Shown: positions 24,768-37,589, numbered from the stretch's first letter. The stretch is 64,000 nucleotides of DNA from Lama guanicoe (GCA_013239625.1 MU053557.1:2262123-2326122); one strand, 5' to 3'. Program-made: numbers and translations. Notes: generated by a model from the sequence alone, not told the origin.

Positions 24768-25095
24768 GGGGGGTCAGTATAGCTCAGTGGTAGAGTGCAA
24801 GCTTAGCTTATATGAGGTCCTGGGTTCAATCCCCAGTACCTCCATCAAAAACAAAATGTTATCTAACCCTACAGTGGTAATCATATTACAATATATAAAC
24901 GTATCAAATCAATACATGGTACACCTTAAACTTATAGAATGTTATATGTCAATTATATCTCAATTTTTAAAAAATGTCTCAATCAAGTATTTGACCTGAG
25001 CAAATGGAAGAAGAACCACGGCATTTACTAATATTTAAATAAAATAATGCACAAAAAGCAAAAACAATTTATAAATAAATAAAATAAAAAATAAA
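24768..25095 (+). mobile_element. tRNA-derived SINE (head 24768-24843) with an extended composite 3' part
   Basis: A box TAGCTCAGTGG and B box GGTTCAATCCC; same family as 60368-60526 and 62801-62935; TSD core tcttaacgttta at 24756-24767 and 25100-25111. Confidence 0.85.
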
Positions 25096-25547
25096 AGGCT
25101 CTTAACGTTTAAAGTAACACCATATTTGTTGTGTGAGTTCAGAGTGACAGAAGCTTTTCAGAAGATGACTTGTCAATTCACTTAAAGAAAAAAAAATTAA
25201 AAGATGTGTACGTGCATTTAGCTAGCGATTGTACTGTGAGTGATTTATCCAAAGTGAATAATGGTGGAAGAGTCCAAAGACCAAATTACAAGGGTCTTTT
25301 CTGTAGTGTCATTTATAGTCATGAAAAAATTGAAGTTCTGAAGCTGAACAGTAGGAGATGGGTTAAATGAATTATGATTTGATTATAGAATGGTATTCTT
25401 TGCTGTCATTAAAAATAAGTTGTGTCAGTGTTGGTAATGACCAGGAAAGTTGTTTATGATATAATGGTAAGTTTAAAAAAACAGTCTGTGAAACAATTTG
25501 AGTTTGATAACTCACTGTAAAAAAATACATGCATACTGCACCCCCCA

Positions 25548-25548
<1 letters not shown>

Positions 25549-25582
<34 letters not shown>
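25549..25582. repeat. (CA)n microsatellite
   Basis: Read directly. Confidence 0.95.
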
Positions 25583-25584
<2 letters not shown>

Positions 25585-25944
25585 TACACATGGCACAGAG
25601 CCCTGGTCCTGTCTGCCTCTCTTGCTGCATCTCCTACCATTCTCCTGGTACCCCAGACCCAAAGCCCAAGAACTCTTTCTTCTCCTTTTAGCTACACACC
25701 CTTCAGATCTCTGCTCAAGTATCATTGCCCACAAATAGGAGTCAGATCCCTATTCTGTGTCCTTAGAGTCACCATAGATGAAAAGGACATTTTCTGCATA
25801 GCATAGTGAGGGTCATTAGTGCTACTGACAAAATGCAGGGTATCCATGTGTCTGGAAACCAGAAAATATAATTCTATCACAAACTAGTATAGTATCAACA
25901 AACTGTCCATTATGATTCTTCTATGTTTTGAGACTTTGCCGACA

Positions 25945-26337
25945 CCCTGTTCTTCCGATTCCCCTTGGTCTAGGGACAAGATTAAATCGTGCACCCCTTG
26001 CCTCCATGGAGTTAACTGTGGCCACATGACTTGCTTTGGCCCATGAAGTGAGAACAGAAACGTGTATCAATTCCCCGTAAAAGACTTAAAGAAACAGTCC
26101 AATTTGCTCTTATCTCTCTTCCCTGCCATGGACTTGGAACTGTCCAGTGATCGGGACTCAGTCAGCCTTTATTGCTGTGTGAGTGTGACCTGGGCAGAGA
26201 CCATCTTCCATCCCCACTGGAGTATGATGGTCATATATTGTGAGAGAGAAACAAACAATTCTTTGTTATTTGAGGTAAACTGAGATATGGGGGTTCTTCG
26301 TTATTGCAGTGTAACCTGGCTTATCCTGACTAGTACA
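25945..26337 (+). mobile_element. MaLR solo LTR (MLT1I/J-like)
   Basis: gtggccacatgacttgctttggcccatgaagtgagaacagaa and the 3' end ttattgcagtgtaacctggcttatcctgactagtaca are typical of MLT1. Confidence 0.75.
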
Positions 26338-26529
26338 TGCACTTATCACAGGTGCAGCCTTACGTTTGCTAGTGTGATTTTCAGTCTCGGCCAACGTGCA
26401 TATCTCTTCTGCAACGGACACTGTACTAGAACATGGAGCCTCAGCAGTGAACGAGGTAAACAAAGTTCCCTGCTCTGCTGGAGTTTCATTCTGATGGGAG
26501 AGAGACCATGAGAAAGCAGAGATCTGCAT

Positions 26530-27060
26530 GAAAACAAGTCATCATGTGCACAGTTTGCGAGCAGAGTTCCAGCCGGGGTGGGGGTGGGGTCCCGCTATTC
26601 CTGTGGCTGGGGTGTAGAAAGCAGGGTGGGGAGTGGGAAACAATGACGGAAAAGGTCGTAGGGGTGGTGGGGGTGAGCAGTAGATCACAGGGGATTTTCT
26701 AGTCCCTGGGTTAGCCCTGGGATCTTATTCTGAGTGTGACGGGAAGCTATTGGAAGGTTCTCAGCAGGGGTGAGATATGACGAAACTCTTTCAAAAAGGA
26801 TCAGTCTAGTTGTTGTTTTGAGAACCCTCTAGAGAGACAGAGAGCTAAGGACAGAAGCAAGGAGGTCAGTTTGAAAGCAAGAGCAGGTGGTGGTCTAGAT
26901 GTGGGTGATGACCTTGGAATTAGATTTATTTGGCAGGTGGGAGAGAGAGAGATGAGATTGGTCAATGAACTGGATGTGGGATGTTCAAAAGAGGAATCAA
27001 ACATCATTGCTAGGTATTGTCCTGAGCAACTAGGCAAATGGTAGTATTATTTTTGGGGAA
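26530..27060 (-). mobile_element. L2 LINE fragment
   Basis: ttattctgagtgtgacgggaagctattggaaggttctcagcagggg...aactggatgtggg...gaggaatcaa...cctgagcaac. Confidence 0.65.
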
Positions 27061-28509
27061 AGGCATCATGGAGGGAGGAGAGAGCTTAGGGGAAAGGTGG
27101 TAGAAATCAATGATTGCATGAATGAATATGGGTGTCCAGAAGATAGAAAAGAGTAAGGTGATACATACTAAAATGTTGAGAGTATTTGTGGATTGTGAAT
27201 TGCCTTTATTGCCTTTGCGCTTTTCTCTACGGCTAATGTTTCTATAATGAGCATGCCGTAAGAAAAAGTATTTTTTAGATAAGCTGTGTTTTTCCAGTTA
27301 TAACTTGGGCATTGTGGGAGTCCAGCAAAGTTCTCTCAGAGCCCTCCCGAATCCTATAACCTTTTAAAATTTGTACTTTTCTTTCTCCTTCAACAGTCCC
27401 CACTCTCTCTGAAATACCCCCAGGTGAGTGATCAGTATGGCCTGAAAGGGAGGAATTGAAGGGAGAAAGTATTATTTAGAGAAATAATATTTTTTCAGGG
27501 TGAAAATGAATTTTTAATTACAGAACTGCATAAGCATAGCACATGCTTGAGCCCATCAGTTAGGTACAAAGTTATTTCCACCTAGTCTAGTGGTTTCTGC
27601 ACTGCTGGAGGCAGCATCTTCAGGAGAGCAGCCCCTGAAGTTACTCAGCCCTGGGTTCAAATCCAAGTTCTGACATTTGTCTCTCTTACCATGATTATTT
27701 GACAGTCCGTGCCTCTGTTTTCACACTGATAAATGGGGAGGCAAATACCAGCTTCCTGGGCATTCTGGCCCCTAAGCTTGAGCTGAATTTGGGGCTGAAC
27801 AGCTGAGCTCCATCTGGCCACACTGTCCACCTGTAAGTCCCTGTAATCACTTTGTGGGCAAACTAGACACAATTTAAGGTGTGACATTTCAACAAGATAT
27901 TTTGAACTCAATGAATATAAGGGGGCTGTCGATTCAACAAACTTTTACCCAATGTTCTATGGCAGAGTAGTTCCTTTTGGTGGTCTAGACAGGCCCAGGC
28001 ATTTGCACTATATATAGATTTTAGCTAGTTCGTAAGAAGCATATGATGGGAACTTCTTAAAATTAATGTTATTTACCTGCTAGGATGTAAATGCTAAAAG
28101 GATGTGGTCTACATTATGGACAAGGCCTCTGTAAAACGTGATATTAGAAAATGGAAATTTTACGAGTTCTGGGAACAGAAACAGGTGATGTGAGTGAAAT
28201 AGGGGAAAATTCTCATTTTTTGCTGCAATGCTAGAACTGAACCCAAAGCACTTTATTTTTTTAAAAAATCATGAATAATAGAAGTGCAAGATTCCTGGGT
28301 TAATCGTGCTTGCTTCGGCTCCCTCAAGTTGCCTGTTCCAGAAAGATAATAAAAATAACCCTTAAGACAATGGTCCTTTCCACTGGTGTTCATGGGGTTA
28401 GAATCACAGAACTTCTAGCTACTGGGGCAGTCGGGGCTGTCAACCAACTCCTGGCCTGGGGCTTGAATTACTCTTTGTTGGGTGGTTATATCATCTGGCG
28501 TGGAGACTC

Positions 28510-28712
28510 CCAGTAGAGTGCAGTGAGCAAGACCTCAACAGATTTTGCTTTCAGATGGTCCTCCCTAGCTCTGTGAAGTTGGAAGACCTCTGAAGACTTT
28601 GTTCAACTCATCTCTAAAATGCGAATACCTCATGGGATGGCTGGAAGGATTAAATGAAGTCGTCTCAGTAAATCTGTGGTCAAGCACCTGACAGGGCATC
28701 AATAGCTCTTTA
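28510..28712 (+). mobile_element. MIR SINE fragment
   Basis: ctagctctgtgaag...ctcatctctaaaatg...aatacctcatggg...aggattaaatga. Confidence 0.6.
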
Positions 28713-30731
28713 TCCGCATCGCCGCTGTCGTCACCAGCACCACATGGGGGAGTAACCGTGAGAGGTGTCATGCTGTGGGGACTCCAAGTCCCACAGCTGA
28801 GAGAGGGATAAGGCCCTCGGGTGACATTTGATGATAAACCACCCCCTTAACTTGAACTGGCGACCAGTCTCCACGAGCCTGGTCCTTGTGAGAGCTCTGT
28901 CCCCTCATTTTAGGGGAATTCTTAATGATACTCTTCCCGTGCTATGAATGTTACTTGACATCAAAAGGACCCTACCTCATGCAAGTGCCTTCTGTAGTGT
29001 GAAGAACAGAAAACCAAAATTAAATCTATAAAAAAGGGAAACAAGCTGATCTGTCCTCCCCACGGCCCTCTCCTCCCCATTAAAGCCTAATTCTTTCAGA
29101 ATAATATTAACCCACAATATAAGCATAAGTATTGGGTGATTAAATACTTTCTCATATTTCATTTGATTCTCACTAGCAAACTTGGGAGGAAGACAGAGCA
29201 GAGAGTACATTATCATTCTTGTCCTATAGATTCAGGAAACCGAGAAAGAGAAAGCAACTAACTTGCCTAGGATACACAGTTCCTGATAGAAGTAAAAGCA
29301 GAGTCTGCGTCTAGGCTTCTAGCCCAGTGTCTTTTCACTGCACCGGAGAACATGAATATGTTCCACCTCTCTCTCACTCTTCACTTGTACCAGACATCAC
29401 TAATCAACCAACAGATTCTCTCCCACCACCTGAACTGTCACTCAAACTCATTCTTATCACAATGCTCCAGACAGCCGTCACCAGTTGAGTATAAGTGACA
29501 CAGGAATACAATAAATCGATTGGCTGTTCCTGGGCAAGACTCTCTAGCCTTTATCACTGATCTCATCAGCTCATTTACTTGGCATATCAAAGCTGAAGGG
29601 ACGATCTTTCCTTAGAAATCTTGTGCCAAGTCCTGTTTCCAGTGGGTATGTGGTCAACATTGATTGTGTGCTCCTCAGGCCAGAATCCTGGGCATTTTCC
29701 TATCCCATAACCTGGAGTGGAACCTGACACAGATAGACACTGGAACATGTTTTGATGGATGGATGGATGGATAATGGATTTAGCAATTGACTAGGTCCAT
29801 GGACACCGGTCTGGGGTGGGAAAGAGTTTTATAGACTTTCACTTCAGATGATGGCTTGACGCCTCTAGGTCTCCTAGGATTGGACTGTCAATCTAGAAAG
29901 CATTGTCCATCTTCCAAACGGTATTTATCTCCATTTATCAGAGGATGTTATTAGACCTTGTACTGCTGAGGTAGCAAATTAGCTAGGGCTTTTAGTTCTG
30001 GGTCTGTGATAAGGATTTGGGGAAATGTGTTCTGCCGGGGGCGGGCAGGTCCATGGTCTCTCTATTACCCTGGGCTGACGACAGCTGCTAGCACTCTGCT
30101 GAAGGATCAATAACTGGCCATCAGTCCAGTTACTCCTCACTGGCTATTTTAAGGACTGCCCCCCAGAGACCCGCCATGGCCGCATGAGAAAATATTCTGC
30201 AGCAAGGAAGCCCACTCACTGTTGCTCCTCTGGACCAGTTTTGACCTCAGTCACAGAGCCCAGGGATGCATGCAAGTCCAGGAGTCCCTTCCGAGGGGTA
30301 CCACTGAAAGCCATTTATGCTGGGGCAGAGGATCAGCAATTCCAATGCACTTAGCCATCCATCAGGGCACTGTCTCCCTGGTGCCTAGACTTCGAATTGT
30401 TGGTGAGAATTTGAGTTTCTAGTTATTTCTGCCTTCCCTGGATTGCTTTCCATTTTAGTTGCTTCTTTCCCAAATAAAGAGAATTTACAAACAGTCCAGC
30501 CAGTCACCAAAGAGTCCTCATTTACAAGAAGAGTTGCTTTTACAGGGGCAGATTTTTAGAAAAGAGCATTTCTTTCTATTACTTACTTCGTGTTTTGTAT
30601 ACAGAATCTCTGAGAAGAACTTGCAGGACTGGGGAACGTTTTTGACCTAATAAATATTTTTATGGGCTTGGACTTTACTTAGCCCACAATATGTGATAGA
30701 ATTGGTACCACCTACATATTTCCATTTCCTT

Positions 30732-31084
30732 TTTGAAAATATATATATATTTTCATTGAAGTACAGTCAGTTTACAATGTTGTGTCAATTTCTGGTGTAC
30801 AGCACAATGCTTCAGTCATACATGAACATACATATATTCATTTTCATATTCTTTTTCACCGTAAGTTACTACAAGATATTGAATATAGTTCCCCGTGCTA
30901 TACAGTATGAACTTATTGCTTATTGGATTTTGTGAGAATCCTCCTATATTTCGAAGTGAGAGACACTGCCAGAGTTCAGTAGGTGTTCTGTGCGATTCAG
31001 TGGGCTCGTAGATGTAATTCTTGGTGTATTTGTGGGAGAGGGCGAGCTGGGGGTCACTCTACTCTGCCATCTTGGCTCTCTTCT
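30732..31084 (-). mobile_element. Bipartite L1-derived insertion: L1 5' end (30924-31084) joined directly to an L1 3'-UTR end (30732-30923)
   Basis: The minus strand starts gagagccAAGATGGCagagtag...ctcccacaaatacacc...acagaacacctactgaa (L1 5'-UTR start with YY1 motif); the other half matches the other L1 3' ends in the window; degenerate TSD catatttccatttcctt (30715) / cgtatttccgttcctt (31085). Confidence 0.8.
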
Positions 31085-31609
31085 CGTATTTCCGTTCCTT
31101 GTACTCTCTTGGAGAACAGATGTTACAATTTCTTTTGCGGTAATGATGACTAACAAAAAATACGTAGTATAGAATTCAGTTATCTTTATTTTTTTTAATG
31201 AAATAGTTCAAAAATATGAAAAGGTATATAGAATAAAATTGACCTGTGTATCTATCCCCAGCCTAGAAATAAAACATTACAAATACAATTCAACGCAGCC
31301 TCCCCAGTGAGAGTCCTACTTCAACTTCACCCCTACCTCCAAGGGAGCCGCCATATGGATGCTGGTGTCTTTCATTCCCATACATGCCTTTACACTATAT
31401 GTTGATACAAATAGACACTAAGAATATTTTTCATGCTTTAAAATATTATATAAATGGCATCAAGCCAAGTGTTTCTTTCTAGGGATGAATTTATTGAACT
31501 CATTAGCATATATGTACCCCCAGTGGTACATACAGTTAAAGGTAATTTTAGACATCAGGCAATGGATTTTTCCAGGACTGATTTAAGAGTCAAAGTGGGG
31601 AAGATTCTT

Positions 31610-31975
31610 TAATCCCTAGACCAGGTTAGCTCTCCCTGTTATGGGCTCGCATCACACCCTGCTCTTCTCCATGATGCTTAATTACAATGTTTTAAATTAT
31701 TTTTGTTTAATGATTAAATATAAATCATTATGGATTGATGTCACATCTGTCTCTGCTGCCAGAAGGTAAATTCCCTGAGGTCAGGGACTGCATACCTCTC
31801 GCTCACTGTCCTGCCGTCACACTTACTTAGTTCAGTGCCTGGCACAGAGCAGGCAGCTGAGTGCAGTGCTGCCAGAAGGTAAGTCCCCTGAGGTCAGGGA
31901 CTGCATACCTCTCGCTCACTGTCCTGTCCGTCACACTTAGTTCAGTGCCTGGCACAGAGCAGGCAGCTGAGTGCT
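31610..31975 (+). mobile_element. L2 3'-end fragment containing an internal ~110-bp tandem duplication
   Basis: gtaaattccctgaggtcagggact...cagtgcctggcacagagcagg occurs twice (31754-31864, 31867-31974). Confidence 0.75.
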
Positions 31976-33147
31976 GGCATCTTTAGTGATCTGGTTCCCA
32001 CTTCAGTTTCTGGGCCTGATTCCTGCCCTCCTGTGACCTGGCCCCCACTTGTCCGGCTAAAACGTTTCGAGTTCCTGAACTCTCTGGGACCTCTTGCTTT
32101 TGCAGACGCTTTCCCCTCAGACTGGAACAGCTACCCACCTTTGTCTGCCTGTCAAACTCCCTCTCATCCTTCAAGGCTCATCTGAAATGGCACCTCCTCT
32201 GGGAAGCCCTCAGCGACAATTTCAGGCAGAAGGCAGTGCTCCTCCTCTGTGCTCCCCCAGCACCATCAAGTTCCTCCAGTACTTTATTCATTCACTTATG
32301 CAAAGATACTGACTGCGCTCCCACTGTGAGCCAGCCCTCTCTCTGTGTTCGAGAGATACGGAGATGAAGAAGGTAGGGCCCCTGCTGTTTGTAAGGAAGT
32401 CAGCAAGCTCTATGAAGGCCTTCAATGGGCTGATGGGACAGAGTCCTTGGCAGCCTTGTTTAGGGAGGGGAATGGAGGAAGGCCTGTCTGAGGACCTGGC
32501 ATTTGGGCTGAGACCTAAACTGATGCCCACAAGTCAGCCCTGTGAAAGGCTGGGGCTGTGTTTTCTAGAACACACGTCCTCATGCCCATTCCCCTACTCT
32601 GAGGACAGGAACTGCTTATAATTTATCTGCTGCCCCAGTGCCAACAAATGACCATCAAAGTATCATGCATGAATGAATGAATGAATGAATGAAAGGGCCA
32701 AATTAGGTTGGCTCGGAATGAACCTCAGTTATCAAAATTGCAAAAGCTTCACCTCACATGAGGTGTTCACATCAAGCCAAAATACAGCTCTTGGCAGGTG
32801 CTGATAGCTGTGGTAAGACGTAAATTCCACTGAAGCCTGCGATCAGGTGGCGCCCAAGTGCAGAGAGAATGTGGAGTTTGGATGCTTGAGTAGAGCTACC
32901 CCAGACACTTTGCACCAGGCCTGGGGGAGCCTGCTTCACTGTCACTAGCTTGTCATTAACACTTCCACAGCACTAAAGACAATTACCCCGACGGAGTGGC
33001 TGGCACGTGCCAGGCCTAGTCTCACTTAAGCCTCGTTTTGCTTCCATTACCGTCTCTGAGAAAATGGAGACTCATCGAGGCCTCACAGCTCGTAAAGGTG
33101 AAGCCTGGGATCCCATCACAGTCTGTCTCACTGGGAAGCCTGCAGCC

Positions 33148-33328
33148 CGGGGTCCACTTCAAGGGCATGTAACCTGCACAGGTGTACAAGGCCCCGTGCT
33201 GGGAGGGCCCCGCCCAGGCTTGGATTAATGCTCTGCTATAGCCATGTTGAAATTCTTAATAATTTTGGAGCAAGGCAATGCATACTTTTATTTTGCACTG
33301 GGCCCTGCGAATTATGGAACTGGTCCTG
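33148..33328 (+). mobile_element. MER91A-like hAT-Tip100 element, near full length
   Basis: ttaatgctctgct...ttgaaattcttaataatttt...ttttgcactgggccc...aattatg...ggtcctg matches the recalled MER91A consensus. Confidence 0.75.
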
Positions 33329-33385
33329 CTTCTACCACTGGGGGTCCCCTAACAGTACGTTTCGGGTGGGGAGCATCCTAACTCT

Positions 33386-33750
33386 TGTTTTTAATTGAAC
33401 TGTATTGATTTATAATATTGTGTTGGTCTCTGGTGTACAACATAGTGATTCAGTCATACATATATTTATTCTTTTCCATTATAAGTTATTGCAAGCTAAT
33501 GAATGTAGTTCCCTGTGCTGTACAGTAGGACCTTGTTGTATATAAGTAGTTTATATCTGCTAATCCCAAACTCCTAATTTATCCCACTCCCCCCCTCCCC
33601 TTTGGTAACCATAAGTTTGTTTTCTATGACTGTGAGTCTGCTTCTGTTTTGTAAACAAGTTTATTTTTGTCATCTTTTTTAGATTCCACATGTAAGTGGT
33701 ATCATATGATATTTGCCTTTCTCTGTCTGACTTACTTCATTTAGTATGAA
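33386..33750 (-). mobile_element. 5'-truncated L1 3'-UTR copy
   Basis: gtagttccctgtgctgtacagtaggaccttgttg...tttggtaaccataagtttgttttctatg...agattccacatgtaagtg. Confidence 0.85.
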
Positions 33751-34539
33751 ATCTTTTCTTTTCATTTTAAGGAGCTTTACTGAAGTATGATTGATAGACC
33801 ATAAATTACATACAATTTAATGTCTACAATCTGATGAGTTTGGAAGTAAAATAACCCTTTGATAATACTGCATCAACCCCTGTGTGAGCAGAAGCCCAAA
33901 TCACAAACTCCTTTCCTCATGATCTGTATGTTCAAATCCGGAAATATGTAGATCTTTTTTTTTTCTGATTTTAAAAGTAATACAGACAAGCACTGAAAGT
34001 AGGAGTCTAGGGGACCATATTGTTATCTATGGTGAAACATGTTCTTATAAGGAGAAAGTTATGTTGGGTATATAAAGCTCTGTGTCCTGTCTATAAAGTT
34101 ATGTATCCTGTTTATAAATTTCTGTCTTCATACAAGGATTTTTAGACTCAGTCTCAGATGGATTCCTGAAGAGAAAATCCAAGAATTTGTAGCACCCAGG
34201 GGACTTCTTTTGTTATACTTGTAGTCTACTTTTGCTAAATTAGATACTTGGTAAGCATCTTTGACTTTTCACAAAATATGAACTAATATGTGTTGTGCAA
34301 TATTCTTATTCCTCCCAGGAAATAAGGCTCTCATTTGGAAAAGGTGATTTCACTAAGATCTCAAACATTCCTTCTGACGTCTCTAAATCCAACCTATCTG
34401 CCCTCAACCCCCTTCCCTTTGCCGAAGCGGAAACTGGCCCCCGTGGGCTCTACCACTCAATCTCTCGTGCTGGTGATCCCTGGGCCCTCTCTCGCCATGA
34501 AAAGACTCATATTGTCGGAGGTTGCAGTGTTGTGGGCTC

Positions 34540-34725
34540 GTCAGGTAACCTCTGTTACTTAGCAACTTTCTCCTGCTTTGTTAAGTTGGGCGGTTCAATC
34601 TCCTTAATGAATAAGAGCATCAAGCCAGGTAATTGATGCCTGGACGTTTAGCTCATGAATAATTGACTGTCTGGGTAATCCTAGATACATTTCCTCGATC
34701 AGATTGTACAATGGAACAGTCATGT
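34540..34725. promoter_or_regulatory. Candidate POU4F3 upstream enhancer (RFX X-box, POU4F-type site, SOX sites)
   Basis: GTTACTTAGCAAC 34554-34566, GCTCATGAATAATTG 34651-34665, ATTGTACAAT 34703-34712. Motif-based only. Confidence 0.4.
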
Positions 34726-35064
34726 CATAGCCAGTGTTGAATTTTTTTGTTTTTTTTTTGTCCTAATCGGTTTTATGATGTCAGAAATCTGCTTTCTTGA
34801 CCCAAAGGCTCCGGTGAACAAAGGAAGCAGTGGCCCTCCCAAGGCTGGGACAGGCTTCCTCTTCCCTGTGCTAGAGCTCAGCATTTCCTCTCGAGTTTGC
34901 GCTTAGAAAAGTTTCAGCTCCTCTTGTTTATCTTTTCGGGTATCTTTTCCCACATACATCGGGAAGGCGACGTGGTCTAAAGGGGAGGAGGGAACTGGGA
35001 ATTGGATTTCCCGGGCAATGCCAATCACTTACTCTGCATCTCTAGGCCAGGCTTAGCTTGTCTG

Positions 35065-35550
35065 ACTTATTTATTCATGTATGTGTTCATTCAGCGCACA
35101 TTTGGAGCATTTCCTGTGTGCCAGGCGCTTGAGAGTCTGTGAAAAACAAGGGTGACCTTGTCTGCCTTCATGGAGCTTATATTCTAGGGAAAGCACTTGA
35201 GTGGTAAACAAGCAAACAAATAAAAGAACAACTCATTTTCAGATAGTGGGAGAGCGAGGCTGAAAAACAAAAAAGGAGTTATGGAATAGACAGAGACCAG
35301 TGGGTGGATGGGGTGGATGGAAATCATTTTGATTGGTGGTCAGGGAAGGTCAAGGAAGTCCTCTCTGAGGAGGTGACATCTGAGCTAAGAACTGAATGAC
35401 AAGGAGGAGCTAGTCAAGTAAAGACATGGGGGAAGAGAATTCTAGAGAGAGGAACATGAAGCTAAAGAGATGGGAATGGGTTTCACATGATGACACAAAG
35501 AGAGCCATGGGGCTAGAGCAGAATGATGGGGAGCACAGTGTGAGGTCAGG
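35065..35550 (-). mobile_element. L2 LINE 3' fragment
   Basis: ttcattcagc...cctgtgtgccaggc...gccttcatggagcttatattctag...cctctctgaggaggtgacatctgagctaaga. Confidence 0.75.
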
Positions 35551-36329
35551 GTGATGCCCACACTGGCCCTGCCCCTTTCATATGTTTCTAGATCGCAAAA
35601 AGCCATGTGCCCTCCCCTTAGGCAAGAGGGCCTGAATGAGGGATACGGATGGAGCTAACCTTTTCAAAATACATACCTCACCAATGGTACAGGCAGTGTC
35701 ATTCTTCATCTACAAAAATCAGGTGCTGTCAAAACTCAGCTCATGTTAATTCATTGATTCTACACATATTTACTGAGCTTGAGGCAGTGTTTGTGACATT
35801 TGGTATATACAAGTGACTAAAGCTATCTTGACTGTGGTGATGGTTTCATGGGTGTGTACATCTATCAGAATTCATCACACTGTACATCTGAAATATGTGT
35901 AGTTTACAGTATAGGAATCATACCACAATAAAAGTGTTTTTGAAAAAGGAAGTGACTAAAGCCACGTTCCTGCCTTCACCATTTATATTCTCTTTGAAAA
36001 TAGGCAATAAATTAATTAAAAATTAAAATACAAATCTCTTATATAAACTATGTAAGATAATGAGTTCTATGTAGACAAAGCAAAGGGGCACAGGAAGTGT
36101 GGAAGGGGTGAGATGGTTGAAATTTTAAGCGGAGTGCTCAGGGAAGGCTTCACTGAGACGATGACAGGTGAGCTGGCACCTGAAGGACATGTGAAATTGA
36201 GCCGTGCGACTGTCCAGCGAGGAGTGTTCCAGGCAGAGGGAGCAGCAGAGGTTTTCCCTTTTCTCTGGAAAACCTCCCTGCTACCAGCTGCCTCTAGCCA
36301 GGGTGTGTCCCCTTTTATGAGACTTTTAT

Positions 36330-36640
36330 CAAAATACTTATCACTCTCCTGCTTCAAACTTTCCACTGCAGTTGGCATAAACCATAGGTTTCTAACCATG
36401 GCTTATAAGGTCCTATATAATCCCCTCACCTCTCCAAACTCATCTACCCTCCCTCTCCCTCATCTCATTGGCTCCAGCCGCAGTAGCCGCCTTCTTGGTC
36501 TTTGAACACACAGATTCATTCCCAGCTTACTTACTATTCCCTCTGCCTAGAAACTCTCCCCCAGAGATTGTCTGATGGCTGGTTCTTCTTCTCATTAGGG
36601 TCTTAGCAACTCAGAAAAGGCTTCCCTGGCTCCCGTAGTC
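36330..36640 (+). mobile_element. L2 LINE fragment
   Basis: cactctcctgcttcaaactttcca...accatggcttataaggtcctatataat...tattccctctgcctagaaactctcccc. Confidence 0.65.
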
Positions 36641-37558
36641 CTCTGCTCATTCCCTACCCCATTGCCACCTCCCACTCAGAGCAGTAATCAGAGGCTTGAC
36701 CATCAGGAAGACTTACCACTTATTCACAAAGGATGTAGTCATTTCCTATAGCCCTGAGTCTGGCCCATTATATGTAATCAGCTCTTTGGAGAGTAAGTAG
36801 GTTATAAATGTGAGATGAAATGTAACAAGGTACCCACCTACCATTTCGCGAGGCTTACAGCCCTTTAGAATCTGACGTTCACTTCCAGATCCTTCCATTT
36901 ACCACCAGACCTGATTTTGAATTTTAAAAGACTCTGTTGTGAGTGCATGCAGAAGTCTCTACATTGCTCAGGAAGTAGGACTCAAGAGCAGAAGAAATAG
37001 ATGAACTGACATTTTCACAGAAAAAAAAATGTGTGGAAAAAGCAGTCAGGAAGAGCGTCTAGGCACTGTGTATTTCTAATCTACTAGAACTTAGATGCTG
37101 ACCCCACTGATAAGGTGAGACCTTCAGACCTTCATTGTCCTATTTGTTATACTAAAAAAAATTGTTTGAAAAATAGAATAACTTATGGATAAATATGCAT
37201 GGGAAGAAATGGAATGGTGTAGTGTTTATTTATTGTATTTTGTTTTACTTGCAAAGTGATAAATTTTAGTAAAGAGAAAACAGCTATCTGTAAAACCCTT
37301 CTGGACTAATGTATTAACATATGTCAACGGCAAGGTCAAACTATGTCAAAAGCTGAAATAATCTCTTACTCCAGTGCCCCCAAATGGGTTAGACCAGACA
37401 GAAGACAAGGGTCTTGGAAGATGAGGTCTCCGCCACTGCCACCACCACCACATCACTCCCCGTCTAAGTCATGTAAATTTCACTGGGTGAAAATGCCACA
37501 GTGCCCCAGGGTGGCGACTCTTTCAGTGGTGCTGTGTTTAGGGCCACAGGACAAACCC

Positions 37559-37589
<31 letters not shown>

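Noticed and set aside
24768..24843. tRNA gene
   Set aside because: Has A and B boxes, but the acceptor and anticodon stems are degenerate, it is TSD-flanked, and it belongs to the SINE family seen twice more in the window.
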